Source of the DNA: a virus
Length of the DNA stretch: 64,000 nt
Strand: one strand, 5' to 3'
Virus record (IMG/VR): IMGVR_UViG_3300042923_000319
Location: 8,677 to 72,676 of that record
The notes under the pieces were generated by a model. The model ran no database searches. It was not told the origin of the DNA and saw only the letters and a program-made list of their open reading frames with translations. Shown in pieces: positions 31,250 through 42,019 of this stretch (position 1 is its first letter; every line of letters starts with the position of its first letter). Both the position numbers and the translations under genes were made by a program.

Positions 31250-31897
31250 ATCGACATACTAGAACAATACCTACAAGACTACAACGACGGCATCCTATCG
31301 ATCTCTACACTTACCGCAAGACTATCCTGTCATGAGCTGGCAGAGATATATAAACAGACACGCAAGACCAGTCGTGTAGTGTCCAAGCTATCCGATTATA
31401 TCTCACCGAAACTGCTGAACCCACAAGACATTGTGTGTGAGCGCGAGAGATTACAGGAGATATCAGGAGTTGTCCAGAGAATACTCACAACTCTACCCGA
31501 TAAGCAATATCAGATATTTCAGTTGGTTGTGATCGATGGTAGAACGCAGGAAGATGTAGGAGATACCCTTGGAATAGCACATCAAAATGTTAGTAAACAT
31601 CTAAAGAAAGCTATCGAATTCATCAAAGAAAACTTTGAACTATCCTGTTTACGTCCTATGTTACTCCCAACGTCATCTACGAAGGAAATCGGTGGAGCAC
31701 AGTACAAAGTAAGGTATCCCAGTGATTGGCTCTCTGAACGAAGCACAGGTGGTCACATGGGTAAACGTAAATGGATCGTGGATATACATTGTGATGTCGA
31801 TAGTTATCTCGATGATGCGTTTGGGGATAAACTGACAGTATGCGAAAAATGCGAACACTGTATCAACAAAGTAATGCGAAAGAGGGTTGAGGGGTAA
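31250..31897 (+). CDS. sigma-70 region-4-like transcription factor, probable ATC start
   Basis: LPDKQYQIF...TQEDVGDTLGIAHQNVSKHLKKA; frame is open back to ATC 31250 after AAGGAGG. Confidence 0.72.
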   Translation: MDILEQYLQDYNDGILSISTLTARLSCHELAEIYKQTRKTSRVVSKLSDYISPKLLNPQDIVCERERLQEISGVVQRILTTLPDKQYQIFQLVVIDGRTQEDVGDTLGIAHQNVSKHLKKAIEFIKENFELSCLRPMLLPTSSTKEIGGAQYKVRYPSDWLSERSTGGHMGKRKWIVDIHCDVDSYLDDAFGDKLTVCEKCEHCINKVMRKRVEG

Positions 31898-32116
31898 CAA
31901 TGGAAAATCTAAATACACTTCTTAACTGGATATTCCAAGACTTCTGGCATTTCATTGGAACATTATATTTACTCGCTGTAATATTTAGGAGGTAATAATG
32001 AATAAAGTTATCATCACACTTAACTGTACTATTATATTCTTTATTATATTTTACTGGAATTCAATTATTTCATGGTTATATTCTTAGACACCCAATGTGG
32101 TGTCTTATTTTTTTTA

Positions 32117-32145
32117 CTGACAATAAACTGTGGATATACTATAAT
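32117..32145 (+). promoter_or_regulatory. promoter of the orphan hicB
   Basis: CTGACA-17-TATAAT. Confidence 0.6.
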
Positions 32146-32176
32146 TTAACTTACAATTAATATTGGAGGTAATATT

Positions 32177-32575
32177 ATGCCCAAAGACAATTACATTTTT
32201 CCTGCTATTTTAGATTATGCAGATGATGGAATTACTATTGAGTTCCCCGATTTGCCGGGTTGTGTATCTTGTGCTGATACCGATGAAGAAGCTCTTTATA
32301 TGGCCAAAGATGCTCTGCGAGGTTGGTTGATGGTAGCAGAAGATAACGAAATGGAAATTTCAGAGCCGACTCCTTTAAAGAAAGTTGTATTAGAAGAAAA
32401 TCAACGTGTGGTCTTAGTAGAAGTTTGTTTGGCTTTTTATCGTGAAGCATATCGTAATAGATCAGTAAAGAAAACACTAACTATACCAGCATGGCTAAAC
32501 GATTTGGCGGAAAAAGAAAACGTAAATTTTTCTTTTGCGCTACAAAATGCATTAAAGCAGCAACTTAAACCCTAG
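32177..32575 (+). CDS. hicB: HicB-family antitoxin (orphan)
   Basis: FPDLPGCVS...EALYMAKDAL; C-terminal KKTLTIPAWLNDLAEKENVNFS. Confidence 0.9.
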   Translation: MPKDNYIFPAILDYADDGITIEFPDLPGCVSCADTDEEALYMAKDALRGWLMVAEDNEMEISEPTPLKKVVLEENQRVVLVEVCLAFYREAYRNRSVKKTLTIPAWLNDLAEKENVNFSFALQNALKQQLKP

Positions 32576-32651
32576 AATACCTCTGGCGCTTCCTGTGTGC
32601 CTTACTGTGAAGTTTTTATGTATATACCTACGTAACTGTATTAGTGGACAT

Positions 32652-32685
32652 AAAAAGAACGCCCAGAGATTAATCTGAGGCGTTC
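32652..32685. terminator. terminator at the convergence of the two transcription arms
   Basis: AAAAA-GAACGCCCAGA...TCTGAGGCGTTC hairpin. Confidence 0.7.
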
Positions 32686-33216
32686 ATTGGGTTGTCAATA
32701 ATTTATTCTCTATATTCATCATAGATTTCAATCTCTGCTTTCTTTCTAAAGAATATTATAAGGTCTTCTTCTATTATTTCTTGAAACTGTAACAACTCTT
32801 CCAAAGTTTTTATCTCTATATACCAATACTTTCCCTTTTGATACGCTTGTTCGCATGGCTTACTGGTATCGTCACAAGTTCTACCTATTTTAAATTCCAT
32901 TATTATTCCTCCTTGTCTAAAGTTTACAACTTTACATGTTCCTTGTAATTACTAGGTATTTCATTGTATATATTTATTTCCATGACACGAATATCGCTTG
33001 AATGATAGTCTTGAGTTTCAATATATTCCCTTGCTAATTCTTCTGTTGAGAAAATCAAGTCATCCATAATTTTCCCATTATAACTTGACAAGTAATAGAT
33101 TAAGTATGCTTTTGTTATAACTTTATTAGCTTTTAATTGCTCATTTTCTATACGATATTTTTCCTTAAGTTCAAACATTGCTTTGATAGTTGAATTATCC
33201 ATTGTTCTTCCTCCTA

Positions 33217-33999
33217 TTATCCAAATACTCTACCTATGGCATTCTTTACCTGTTTACCGCTGATATTCAAGTACATCTGCGTACTCGCCATTGATTTATG
33301 CCCCATAGCAGCCTGTATGACTGATATTGGCACATTATTATCATTCAATGTATTAGCAAAAAGTCTCCTAAAGCTATGCATATGATATTCACCGCATCCA
33401 CAGTCTCTATAGACTTCCTTGAGTGTATCTTGGATTTGCTTTATGGATAACCTACCGCGATTCGATGTGAACAATGCGTCACACGTGTTCTGACGAACAC
33501 TCAGATATTTCTGTAGTGCTTCCTTGACATTTGTTGTCATTGGCTTTGCTATATCTGTGTGATTCTTTGTATCCCTAACGATAATATCGTCTTGCTTGAT
33601 ATCCTCCAAGTCAATCCCTGTCATCTCAGACACACGCAAGCCCATCTCTGATGCCATCAAGAAAGCAAGACGATACTTTGGGTCGCTAACGCTTCCCAAT
33701 ATTTTCTGATATTCTTCCTGAGTAGGGCAGGGTTGGAGCTTGCGGTTGACCTTGAAATTCTTGATTATGTCCAGGGATTTTGGAGAGTCCTTCCTTGAGT
33801 ATTTCAAGAATTGACCAAGGATAACAAGGCGATTCTTTATAGTTACATCGGATTGACTGCGTTGGCTTTCGATGTAGCGTAGGATATCCTGTGGTTCAAA
33901 CGTGCGATAGCCAGAGAATGTCTTGAGTGCTTCCATGTAGGTTTTATAAGTGTTCTCTGTGCGTGTTATGCGGATTTCATTGAGGAATTGTTGGAACAT
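33217..33999 (-). CDS. XerC/D-like tyrosine recombinase
   Basis: GLRVSE, HSFRR, MGHKS, TQMY; lacks an arm-binding domain. Confidence 0.88.
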   Translation of the reverse strand: MFQQFLNEIRITRTENTYKTYMEALKTFSGYRTFEPQDILRYIESQRSQSDVTIKNRLVILGQFLKYSRKDSPKSLDIIKNFKVNRKLQPCPTQEEYQKILGSVSDPKYRLAFLMASEMGLRVSEMTGIDLEDIKQDDIIVRDTKNHTDIAKPMTTNVKEALQKYLSVRQNTCDALFTSNRGRLSIKQIQDTLKEVYRDCGCGEYHMHSFRRLFANTLNDNNVPISVIQAAMGHKSMASTQMYLNISGKQVKNAIGRVFG

Positions 34000-34013
34000 T
34001 TATTGCCACCACC

Positions 34014-34454
34014 TTAATAGTACAATTGTTCTTTCAATGCTTTTACTTCTGCTTCCTTTGTCTTTAATTCATTGAGCTTATCCTCGATTTCACTAGGTAT
34101 TACATAGATTCTCCTTTGTTCATCCCATTCAACCTTGATAAGCATAGTGTCACAAAATTGAGAAGCCCTAGGAGTATCAAGATGATACACTAAATGTTCT
34201 GAATTATACACCTTGTCTTTTTCGATGCTCACAACCCTAAATTGTTTACCGCAATATTCCTCGTCTTTTCTAATAAATAACAGTCCACTTGTCTTTGTGC
34301 AGTCTGTGCGTATTCTTTTGTTATGCTCATAGTATCCATATTGCTCTACCATTTGATCCCAACCTTTGATTATAACCATGTCGCCAACTTGAGGTAGAGT
34401 AGAGGATTTCTCTGGTTTACTATAGAGCCAATTGTGTATAAATGTAAACATCAT
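34014..34454 (-). CDS. hypothetical protein
   Basis: RBS GGAGGG; QVGDMVIIKGWDQM is a recurrent phage domain. Confidence 0.65.
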   Translation of the reverse strand: MMFTFIHNWLYSKPEKSSTLPQVGDMVIIKGWDQMVEQYGYYEHNKRIRTDCTKTSGLLFIRKDEEYCGKQFRVVSIEKDKVYNSEHLVYHLDTPRASQFCDTMLIKVEWDEQRRIYVIPSEIEDKLNELKTKEAEVKALKEQLYY

Positions 34455-34537
34455 TATCCCTCCATTCGCTTTCGCTTATATTTTCGATGGTGCTACACAG
34501 AATACCAATAGTATCACGATTGCAGAGAGTACCATTG

Positions 34538-35173
34538 TTAGTCACCAGCTTTCATATGTTGTTCAAGGAATGGTTTAAAGTATTTTTCTTCAGCTTCCTT
34601 ACGTGCTTTTATAGCATCGTTTTTATTTGTAAAGCTTCCTATCCATATTTTTCTTTTTTGGAATCCAATATAAACACGCCATCTTTCATGTTTGCTATCG
34701 TAATAAACACCCCTATGCCCACTTGTATTATTTCTGGGAATTGTTTCGTTTTGTATTCTGCCCACATTGGTATTATCAACAACATTTATTTTTATTAAAT
34801 CTGTAATATTGCCTACTCGTATACACCCACATGAATTTATTTTACCTTTCCTCATACAATGTCCATCAATAATTTTCTCAGTACCACAGTCGCATCTACA
34901 TAGCCATTTTGAGCCATGCTCAGTTGTCTCAATAAATGATAAAACGGTTAGCTTACCGAATCTATTACCAGTAATATCCTTATACGTTCCTTTTGCGCTC
35001 GGTGGGATACGTTTGATCTGTTCTGGTCTTTTTATATCTTCTTTATTGATAACCCATATCCTTCCTGATTTTACTCCTTTTAATTTCCCATGAATTAACC
35101 ATTCTCTTACTGTCTCTCTAGTAACATTCATCAATACAGCTACTTGCTCTACAGTATATTTCATCATTAACAC
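34538..35173 (-). CDS. HTH_17 plus AP2-domain DNA-binding protein (homing-endonuclease related)
   Basis: YTVEQVA..., GNRFGKLTV, WLCRCDCG, SCGC, NTSGHRGVY...AIKARKEAEEKY. Confidence 0.82.
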   Translation of the reverse strand: MLMMKYTVEQVAVLMNVTRETVREWLIHGKLKGVKSGRIWVINKEDIKRPEQIKRIPPSAKGTYKDITGNRFGKLTVLSFIETTEHGSKWLCRCDCGTEKIIDGHCMRKGKINSCGCIRVGNITDLIKINVVDNTNVGRIQNETIPRNNTSGHRGVYYDSKHERWRVYIGFQKRKIWIGSFTNKNDAIKARKEAEEKYFKPFLEQHMKAGD

Positions 35174-36897
35174 TCCTTAGTTCTTTGAACTGTCATAATT
35201 TCTTTTACAGTTAATACCTTCGCCATACCCTATGAAACGCTACCGCTGAGCACACCCAAGACTATCATAGGGTATAACCAGGATATCATTATGCGACTCT
35301 TTGTAGATTGCTGTGTTTAGTTGTACGGTTGTATTCATTGGCTACCTGTGTAAATGCTTGGTTGTACTTATATGTATCCGCTAAGGCTAACGTAGGCAGT
35401 GTAGATGCGATGTTTGCCACTGATACACGAAAGAGTTTTTCCTTAAATACCTGTGGATACATTGATGTTAGCTTTAGGAATTCTATAGAGATTTCATTGG
35501 TGATATCATCAAGATAGCTACTTGAAATGTTCGATAGTTTAGCGTTGATGTCCTCCTGTAGGTCTTGTAGCATTTCCTCTAGTAAGTCGATGGTTTTCAT
35601 AGTCATGATCGTTATTCTCCTTTAGTTTTATTTTAGATTTAGAATTGGTAATCCAATGAATTCATTAAACATCGTGTGTATCAGTATAGGTTGACCGTTG
35701 TATTCCTTTATTTTATCAATAAACCATTCTACAGAAATACTGTTATCAACCATTTCCATTATGTTGAAGCATTCTATGGCTATTTCATTTGCTATATCTG
35801 AATCATAACCTTTGGCTATAATCATTTTGGTAGCTTTACGCATATTATTGTAAGTTCTTATTTTCACCCTAAACACTCCTTTGCAACTTCATAGATTTTA
35901 TAGACACCACACCAGAATACAATAGCTATCAATATGCAGGCTATGAGTGCACTAACCTTACGCCAGTCGATGTTGCTCATGGTTTCACCTGTGCTTTCTG
36001 CTGTGATACCGCTAACAATAACCGTTTGAAGTCTTTGTTTTTACCTTTAAATGACATTGATGCACGTTTCATTTCTGTGAGCCTCCTTGAAGTGGTGTTA
36101 AATCGTTAGGTTTTACCAAGGTGACAAGGACTCTATGCCCTATATTAATTTCTATTTTTGACCACCCAAGTTTCATAAGTTGTTCATAGCCATAAGTCCA
36201 TGAGTTTGCACTTTCACATTCATAAAGATATATTGCATTCCGATATTTTTCTAAATTATTTAAAGATAATACATTTTGTTCATCTTCTGTTAATTCATAG
36301 CTTTTCATTTATTCGCACCATCCTTTGATTTATCAATGTAGTTCACCATGAGGATCAATAGTAATTCACGTTTGATTGTGGTTTTCATAACGCTGCGCTT
36401 GCCTCCTGTAGTTCTGTTTTGAAGAAATATAATATTTCATTACCGACTTTATCAAAATAACCTTTGTATGATTTTATATATTCATCATGTTTAACCCCAT
36501 ATCTAAACCATTGGTTACTCTCTGTGCCATAAGCACCCTCTAAGTCAACTATAGTTCCATTACCATATTTTGTGATTACTCTTTGTCCGACTTTCATCAT
36601 TAACTCATTCCTTTCAATAAAATGTATAGTTTCCTTGGTTGACACCACATTCAATAATAGAGTCTAATTCTTCCTCTAGTTCTCTTTGTGTATTGTGCGC
36701 TGATACTACAGTATTTGTGTTATCAAAGCAGATAAACCAGCTTTTACCATAGTATCTATCATCGTAGTTAATAGGATTATCAGTAACATACATTGATTTT
36801 AGTTTATTGACTTTCTCTGCAATTCTTTTAATCATTTGTAATCACTCACTTTCTATGTTATAATTTAGGGAAATATTGATAAGATAGGGGTAGTATT

Positions 36898-37158
36898 ATG
36901 GAAATTGATAAAATGAAAAATTTAGCTATGGCAGTTTGTAATCGCACTATGAGGTTTAGAGATAATCATAGTATCCAGAAGTTTGTCTATGAGCTTACAG
37001 AGAATCGAATGAGCAGTGACACCATTAACATTAAACTTCTACAGTTGTTTTCTAGTGCTTCTATGCCAGTCCCAATGTTTGACACAGAAGAGGAACTAAG
37101 GAAATTTAGGTTGGTTGTTTGTTGGTGTGCTACACAACATTTTAAGAAGAAAGCTTAG
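36898..37158 (+). CDS. hypothetical protein on the opposite strand (moron-like)
   Basis: Occupies a gap in the leftward cluster; AGGGG before ATG. Confidence 0.5.
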   Translation: MEIDKMKNLAMAVCNRTMRFRDNHSIQKFVYELTENRMSSDTINIKLLQLFSSASMPVPMFDTEEELRKFRLVVCWCATQHFKKKA

Positions 37159-37858
37159 TTAATTTTAAATATTTATCAAAGATTGTCTTTGGATTTACGT
37201 TGTATTCACATTCGCCATACCATAGAATTCTAAAGGTGTTCGATAGCTCGAATTGTGAGCCGTAGAGTTCTAAGGTGTAGCCGTGGAAGCGGTAGCGTTT
37301 CATAGTGGTGCTCTCACTTTCTTGATTTTTATCCCAGTTAATCCACTAGCATTTTCACGATAACATTTGAGCTGTGTCTTAGCTTCTTTATATGTTTCTT
37401 CCGTGAGTTCAACTTCCCAACCATAGCCATAATTAGTGATAAGCTGATATTCGTCTTTGGTTTTGCGTATATACATTTTGTATTCCCTCCGTTTATTTAT
37501 TAGTTTATCATTGGTATACCGATGCGTATACGGTGGGTATCGGTTTGTAACGTTGTTACATTTCAACGATTCTTAGTGCTATTTTGTTACCGTCTTGTAT
37601 TGCTCCGTCCCATACATAAGTATCATTAAATAGTGCGTGGTGGATACCATCGATTTTTACATAGCCTGTTCTATGATACCCTACTTGTTCCAAGAATTTA
37701 GTCAAGAAGTCGAGTAAGTTGTCTATGTTACGATCTACCTGTAGTTCCCAAACTTTAGCTTTTACTGGTCGTCCGTGGTTAACACTAAGGTTGCTTATAA
37801 ACTCTTCATATGCTGTCATTGTTTATCATAGTTTGCCTTTGTTATCTTCTGTATCTCT

Positions 37859-37888
37859 ATTGTATACCAATGTGTATACGTTTGTCAA
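37859..37888 (-). promoter_or_regulatory. leftward promoter with embedded operator (37862-37879)
   Basis: Minus strand TTGACA-aac-GTATAC-acattg-GTA-TACAAT. Confidence 0.8.
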
Positions 37889-38493
37889 CGTTTTATTTGT
37901 GTAATTCTCTGTATTTCTTTCTACCAATCTCAGTATAATAAGTGTCTACCTTAATATCTAAATCTTTCATTATCTCATATATAGCGTTTGCTTTATCTGC
38001 TAGTTTTTCTATAGTACTTGCTAAGCTTATTCTATCAGTTTCATTATGCGTATGTTCAAGTTCTTCTAGGTAAAATCCATATGATATAATATATTCTGCA
38101 TAATGCTCAATAATTATTTGACGTTCATTTTTAGTCATTTCAATGATTCTCCTTTATCTTAATTTGTGATGGTTCGATATCATAACCGATGCAGTAATCA
38201 AAGGCATCTGAGAAGGTTGGAAAGGTGTGAGAGAGGACTGTGTAGGTCATAGGTTGTCACTCCTTTGAGAAACAGCAGTTGACTGAAGTGTATGACCACA
38301 ACAAGGACATTTAAAACTTTTAACAATTACTGTCTTGTCATCATTATTAATAAATGATTTTCTTGCAACTCTTAGAAGAGTTATGTTAGTGCCTCTAAGT
38401 CTTTTACAGCTAGTACAGTAATTTTGATTATGTAATTTCATTGTTATTCACTCGCTTTCTTTGTTGTCTTTAGTATCTCTTTTCTATGTCTTT

Positions 38494-38522
38494 ATTATAC
38501 TATGGTTGAGCATTGTTGTCAA
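38494..38522 (-). promoter_or_regulatory. consensus leftward promoter
   Basis: Minus strand TTGACA-17-TATAAT. Confidence 0.8.
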
Positions 38523-38621
38523 TAGTTTTTCTTACAAATCAATAAAATATTATTACGAATTATACATTTGCATTACTCATATGATATAATGATTAATCAA
38601 TAGATAAGTGGAGGAGATAGC

Positions 38622-38813
38622 ATGAGCATATCAAATGAGATAAAAGGCTACATCATCACAGCAGGGCAGAGTATACAAGGCGTGGCGGGGCTACTGGGCA
38701 TCACAAGGCAATCATTGTATACTAAGCTTAACAATGAGTCTATAAGGTATAAGGACGCACAAGAGATTGCTCGTTTGCTTGGCTATGAGATACAATGGGT
38801 TAAGCGTGAGTAA
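38622..38813 (+). CDS. Cro-like HTH protein
   Basis: SIQGVAGLLGITRQSLYTKLNN; RBS GGAGG. Confidence 0.8.
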   Translation: MSISNEIKGYIITAGQSIQGVAGLLGITRQSLYTKLNNESIRYKDAQEIARLLGYEIQWVKRE

Positions 38814-38814
38814 G

Positions 38815-38905
38815 CCTGAATGGCTCTATGAGCGTTGTTTGTTGGTTGTACTTATGATTGGCTATGTATGAGCGCTAAGTATGCGTAGAGGTAGCGTGAG
38901 AGTAT
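38815..38905. repeat. copy D of the dispersed ~110-bp element
   Basis: CTTATGATTG at 38851; TAAGTATGCGTAGAGGTAGCGTGAGA matches copy A at 21/26. Confidence 0.6.
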
Positions 38906-39248
38906 ATTGTCTAAATAGTAGTATTCTTATTTAGGTCATAGTAAGCATAGCGATGTACTATGTATTACATTGATTATCATTGGTGTAGTATTGATAAAGC
39001 ATAGTATGACAGTATGTGTTATACGAGATAGCGTTAGTGCGACAAGGTGTAGTACTTGACAGGTGCATTGGATAGCATTGGTAGTTCATTGCTTTACTGT
39101 GGTAAAACATAGTAGTCATATATGACATCATTGGTAAACTGTGGATAGGCATTAGTGTATCATTGTTGCGCTAGTGTATTAAATAGTAATATTCTTATGT
39201 AGTAACATTAGTAATACGACAAAGCGCAATTCATACCTTGATTTTAGT

Positions 39249-39276
39249 TAGATGTCTAACTATTATTATGTTAAAA
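39249..39276. other. dif-like site (XerD-type arm TTATGTTAAA)
   Basis: TAGATGTCTAA-ctatta-TTATGTTAAAA, 11-6-11 layout. Confidence 0.5.
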
Positions 39277-39377
39277 CTTGGTAAAACTGCTGTATACTGC
39301 ACTACTATGCACCATAGTTATACATTGGACTACATTGTATGCACATTGGCTATCATCATTCGCTCTATCAGTACTTA

Positions 39378-39405
39378 ACCGCGTATAATTATAGTTATGC
39401 GAGGT
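39378..39405. other. symmetric tyrosine-recombinase core-like site
   Basis: ACCGCGTATAA-ttatag-TTATGCGAGGT; arms are 9/11 inverted-complementary. Confidence 0.55.
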
Positions 39406-39661
39406 AACAAACGTTGAAGTACCGCCATTGCTGCATTTGTGAGTGTTCAATGTATGTCTATGGAGGACACTTTGATAGGCGGTGGGGTGACTTTTGTGAT
39501 TCCAAAGAGGGTACTTTGTTGTGCTGAGGGTACGGTATTACCCTACGCTACTCCACAGCTATATTCACTAAAATTTACCATGGAGTACCATCGAACTACA
39601 TCGAATTTACCACAGATATACATGTGTTACCTATGGTATACCTATGTATGCATAGAAGGTA

Positions 39662-39752
39662 CACTGGAGCCTTATTGTATCTACATTGGTAAGTCATTGA
39701 ACTTCATTGGTATACATTGGGTGATATTGGAGTATTGTAAACTATCACTGGG
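39662..39752 (+). repeat. helically phased YAYTGN (CATTGG-like) array
   Basis: Units at 39662, 39673, 39684, 39695, 39705, 39715, 39725, 39733 and 39746; shorter arrays at 39066-39092 and 39323-39350. Confidence 0.65.
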
Positions 39753-40480
39753 TTTACCATAAAACACTTACATAAGTGTATCATCAGAAAAACAAATGAC
39801 AAAACACTGATATCAATCAGAAAAACAAATAGCAAGTATATGGTAAATTACATAGCTCTACACCATTGATTTCATTGGGTTCATAGGTATCATAAGTTTT
39901 AACTATGGCTATCATAAAAATTTAGTATGGTAAAAACATCAAAAATAGGGTGCAAAGGTTCCTAAATCTGACCATTACTATGTAGGGGTTAAACAAGTGG
40001 TACTAGGGTATATCAATGAAGAGCTTAAGGGATACTTAGGATAACCTAAAATATAATCATAATAAATCGTAACGAGTGAAACGAGGTTACGGAGATATAC
40101 GTAAACGTATATCTCAACTCATCGCTTACGCTTGAGTTATTCTTAATCAAATAAATATTGACCAGACTTAGAACAGAGCCTAAGATATACTTTGGTAAGC
40201 TTTAGTCCAATATAGTTATTCTTATGAAATCCGCTTCGCAGTGAACATAAGTTAATCTATAGTATATTAAAGTGATTCAAAGTAACTACTTAGGTATATA
40301 ACCACATCAGCTTATATTTATTGATAATGCGTTCTAGACGAAGCGTAGCGAAGTGATTGTCATCAGACAATCTAACCCACTTTAGCTATATATTGAATAC
40401 AACCAAATAAACATTTTTTAAATACACCTTTGATAATTCATTGGTGTATTTTTTATGTTCAAAAACAGGAGGTTATAACA

Positions 40481-41344
40481 ATAATAGATTTAGAACAGCT
40501 TGTTCAAACAACATGGTGCTCTGCAAATAAAGATTTGTATGTGAGCAAAGGATATGTTTACACAAAGATGTTTGATAAATTTTATGTCCATGCTAAAGAC
40601 TTACCATTAAAATATGCTGTCAAAGTAAAATATACTTGCAATGCTTGTAGAGAAGAATTTGAAATTAATTACTATAGTTTTAATATTAGTAATAGTTGTT
40701 TATGTAACCATTGTGCCACTAAAACTATCGTAGCGCAAAAGCTAAAAAAGCCATTTAGTGATGTCAGAGCAGCGTTTTTAGCTCGTGGGTATATATTAAT
40801 ATCACCTAAAGGCGATTACAGGAATAGCACAAGTAAATTAGTATGCACATGTAAAGTACATGGGGAATTCACCACAACGTATCAATCTATTTCTATGGGT
40901 CAAGGTTGTCCGCAATGCGCCATAGATAACCATAAAGGCTTAGGCAATCCAAACTACAAAGGTGGCATTACCGAAATCGCAAAATATCTCCGCAACCAAT
41001 TATCGCCTTGGATTCAACAGCAGTTACAACGAGCTGGTTGCAAATGCGAAATAACTGGAAAAACAGGAATTTTAAATGTGCATCATATGTATTCTTTTAA
41101 AAACATTCTCGATAAAACTATGGAAGAACTTAATATTGATATTCGTCCAAACATAGGAAACTATAGCGGAGATGAACTTCAACTAATTACAGTAAATTTC
41201 CTCAAGAACAACATTCTTCTAGCCAAACCCATAGTAATGCTAGAATCAATTCATAGAGATTTCCACAAGTTTTGCGGAGGAACAGCTAAAGAAACCACCT
41301 ATGCACAACTAAGAGAATTCAAGAAACAACTCTTATCAGCATAA
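40481..41344 (+). CDS. zinc-ribbon HNH-like (homing) endonuclease, probable ATA start
   Basis: CxxC repeats; CEITG...VHHMYSF...IHRDFH; paralog of 53327..54193. Confidence 0.72.
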   Translation: MIDLEQLVQTTWCSANKDLYVSKGYVYTKMFDKFYVHAKDLPLKYAVKVKYTCNACREEFEINYYSFNISNSCLCNHCATKTIVAQKLKKPFSDVRAAFLARGYILISPKGDYRNSTSKLVCTCKVHGEFTTTYQSISMGQGCPQCAIDNHKGLGNPNYKGGITEIAKYLRNQLSPWIQQQLQRAGCKCEITGKTGILNVHHMYSFKNILDKTMEELNIDIRPNIGNYSGDELQLITVNFLKNNILLAKPIVMLESIHRDFHKFCGGTAKETTYAQLREFKKQLLSA

Positions 41345-41380
41345 TGTCTACACATCAGTATACAATGAAAGGAGATACCA

Positions 41381-42019
41381 ATGTCAGAACCAAAGAAAAG
41401 ACCAGGTAGTAAAGCCAGACCTCCATTGAATACATCAGCGAAATCACCATTAGCTGGACTCGCAGTTAACCGTGTTGACCTATATGGGCTACAAGAGGTT
41501 GTCCGAAGATGTAGAGAAGAATATCATTGGGGTTCGATGAAGATCAAAAAATACATCGAAGATAACAACTTGCTTCCAGAAGGCAAAGATATAGCGAATA
41601 TGAGTATCTATCGTTGGTACAAAAAGAACGTTGACCAACAAGAGGATGACACTACTACAGATTTTGCTGTTGACACTGCTGCTCAAGAGAGGTCAATGCT
41701 CAGGGCAATTAACGACAGTATTGATACGATAACTGAATGCCTTGATAACATTAGTGATACAAACAATGTAAAGGACATTAAAGACTTGGTGCTTGCTCAA
41801 GAAAAGTTAATAGCTCGTAAGCAATGTCTCAATGCCACTATAGGCACAACACAAGAAAAAATATACACATACGATAGATTTGCTGAGATCGTCAACACAA
41901 TGCTTGACGTATCGAAATCATTCGGAATTGATTTATATGCAGCTATCAAAGCTAGAATCGAAGCTGACCCAATGTTAGCTGAGGGGTTCCGTAGAATTGA
42001 GTCCAGTAAGCAAAAATAG
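41381..42019 (+). CDS. candidate terminase small subunit
   Basis: HTH-like N-half (NMSIYRWY) plus coiled coil; position at the head of the late region. Confidence 0.5.
   Translation: MSEPKKRPGSKARPPLNTSAKSPLAGLAVNRVDLYGLQEVVRRCREEYHWGSMKIKKYIEDNNLLPEGKDIANMSIYRWYKKNVDQQEDDTTTDFAVDTAAQERSMLRAINDSIDTITECLDNISDTNNVKDIKDLVLAQEKLIARKQCLNATIGTTQEKIYTYDRFAEIVNTMLDVSKSFGIDLYAAIKARIEADPMLAEGFRRIESSKQK

Larger units (their letters stand above)
35289..38441 (-). other. leftward cluster of small hypothetical (probable early) genes
   Basis: ORFs 35289-35606, 35628-35876, 36069-36308, 36385-36600, 36614-36835, 37300-37476, 37556-37819, 37893-38138 and 38247-38441, most with RBSs, downstream of strong leftward promoters. 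Confidence 0.65.

Noticed and set aside
31899-32090. HicA toxin upstream of hicB
   Set aside because: Only very short hydrophobic ORFs are present; no basic GSH-motif protein
38815-40430. CRISPR array, or protein-coding ORFs 38958..39152 and 39439..39762
   Set aside because: Repeats are 6-19 bp without regular unique spacers; the ORFs lack a suitably placed SD and show low-complexity, atypical composition
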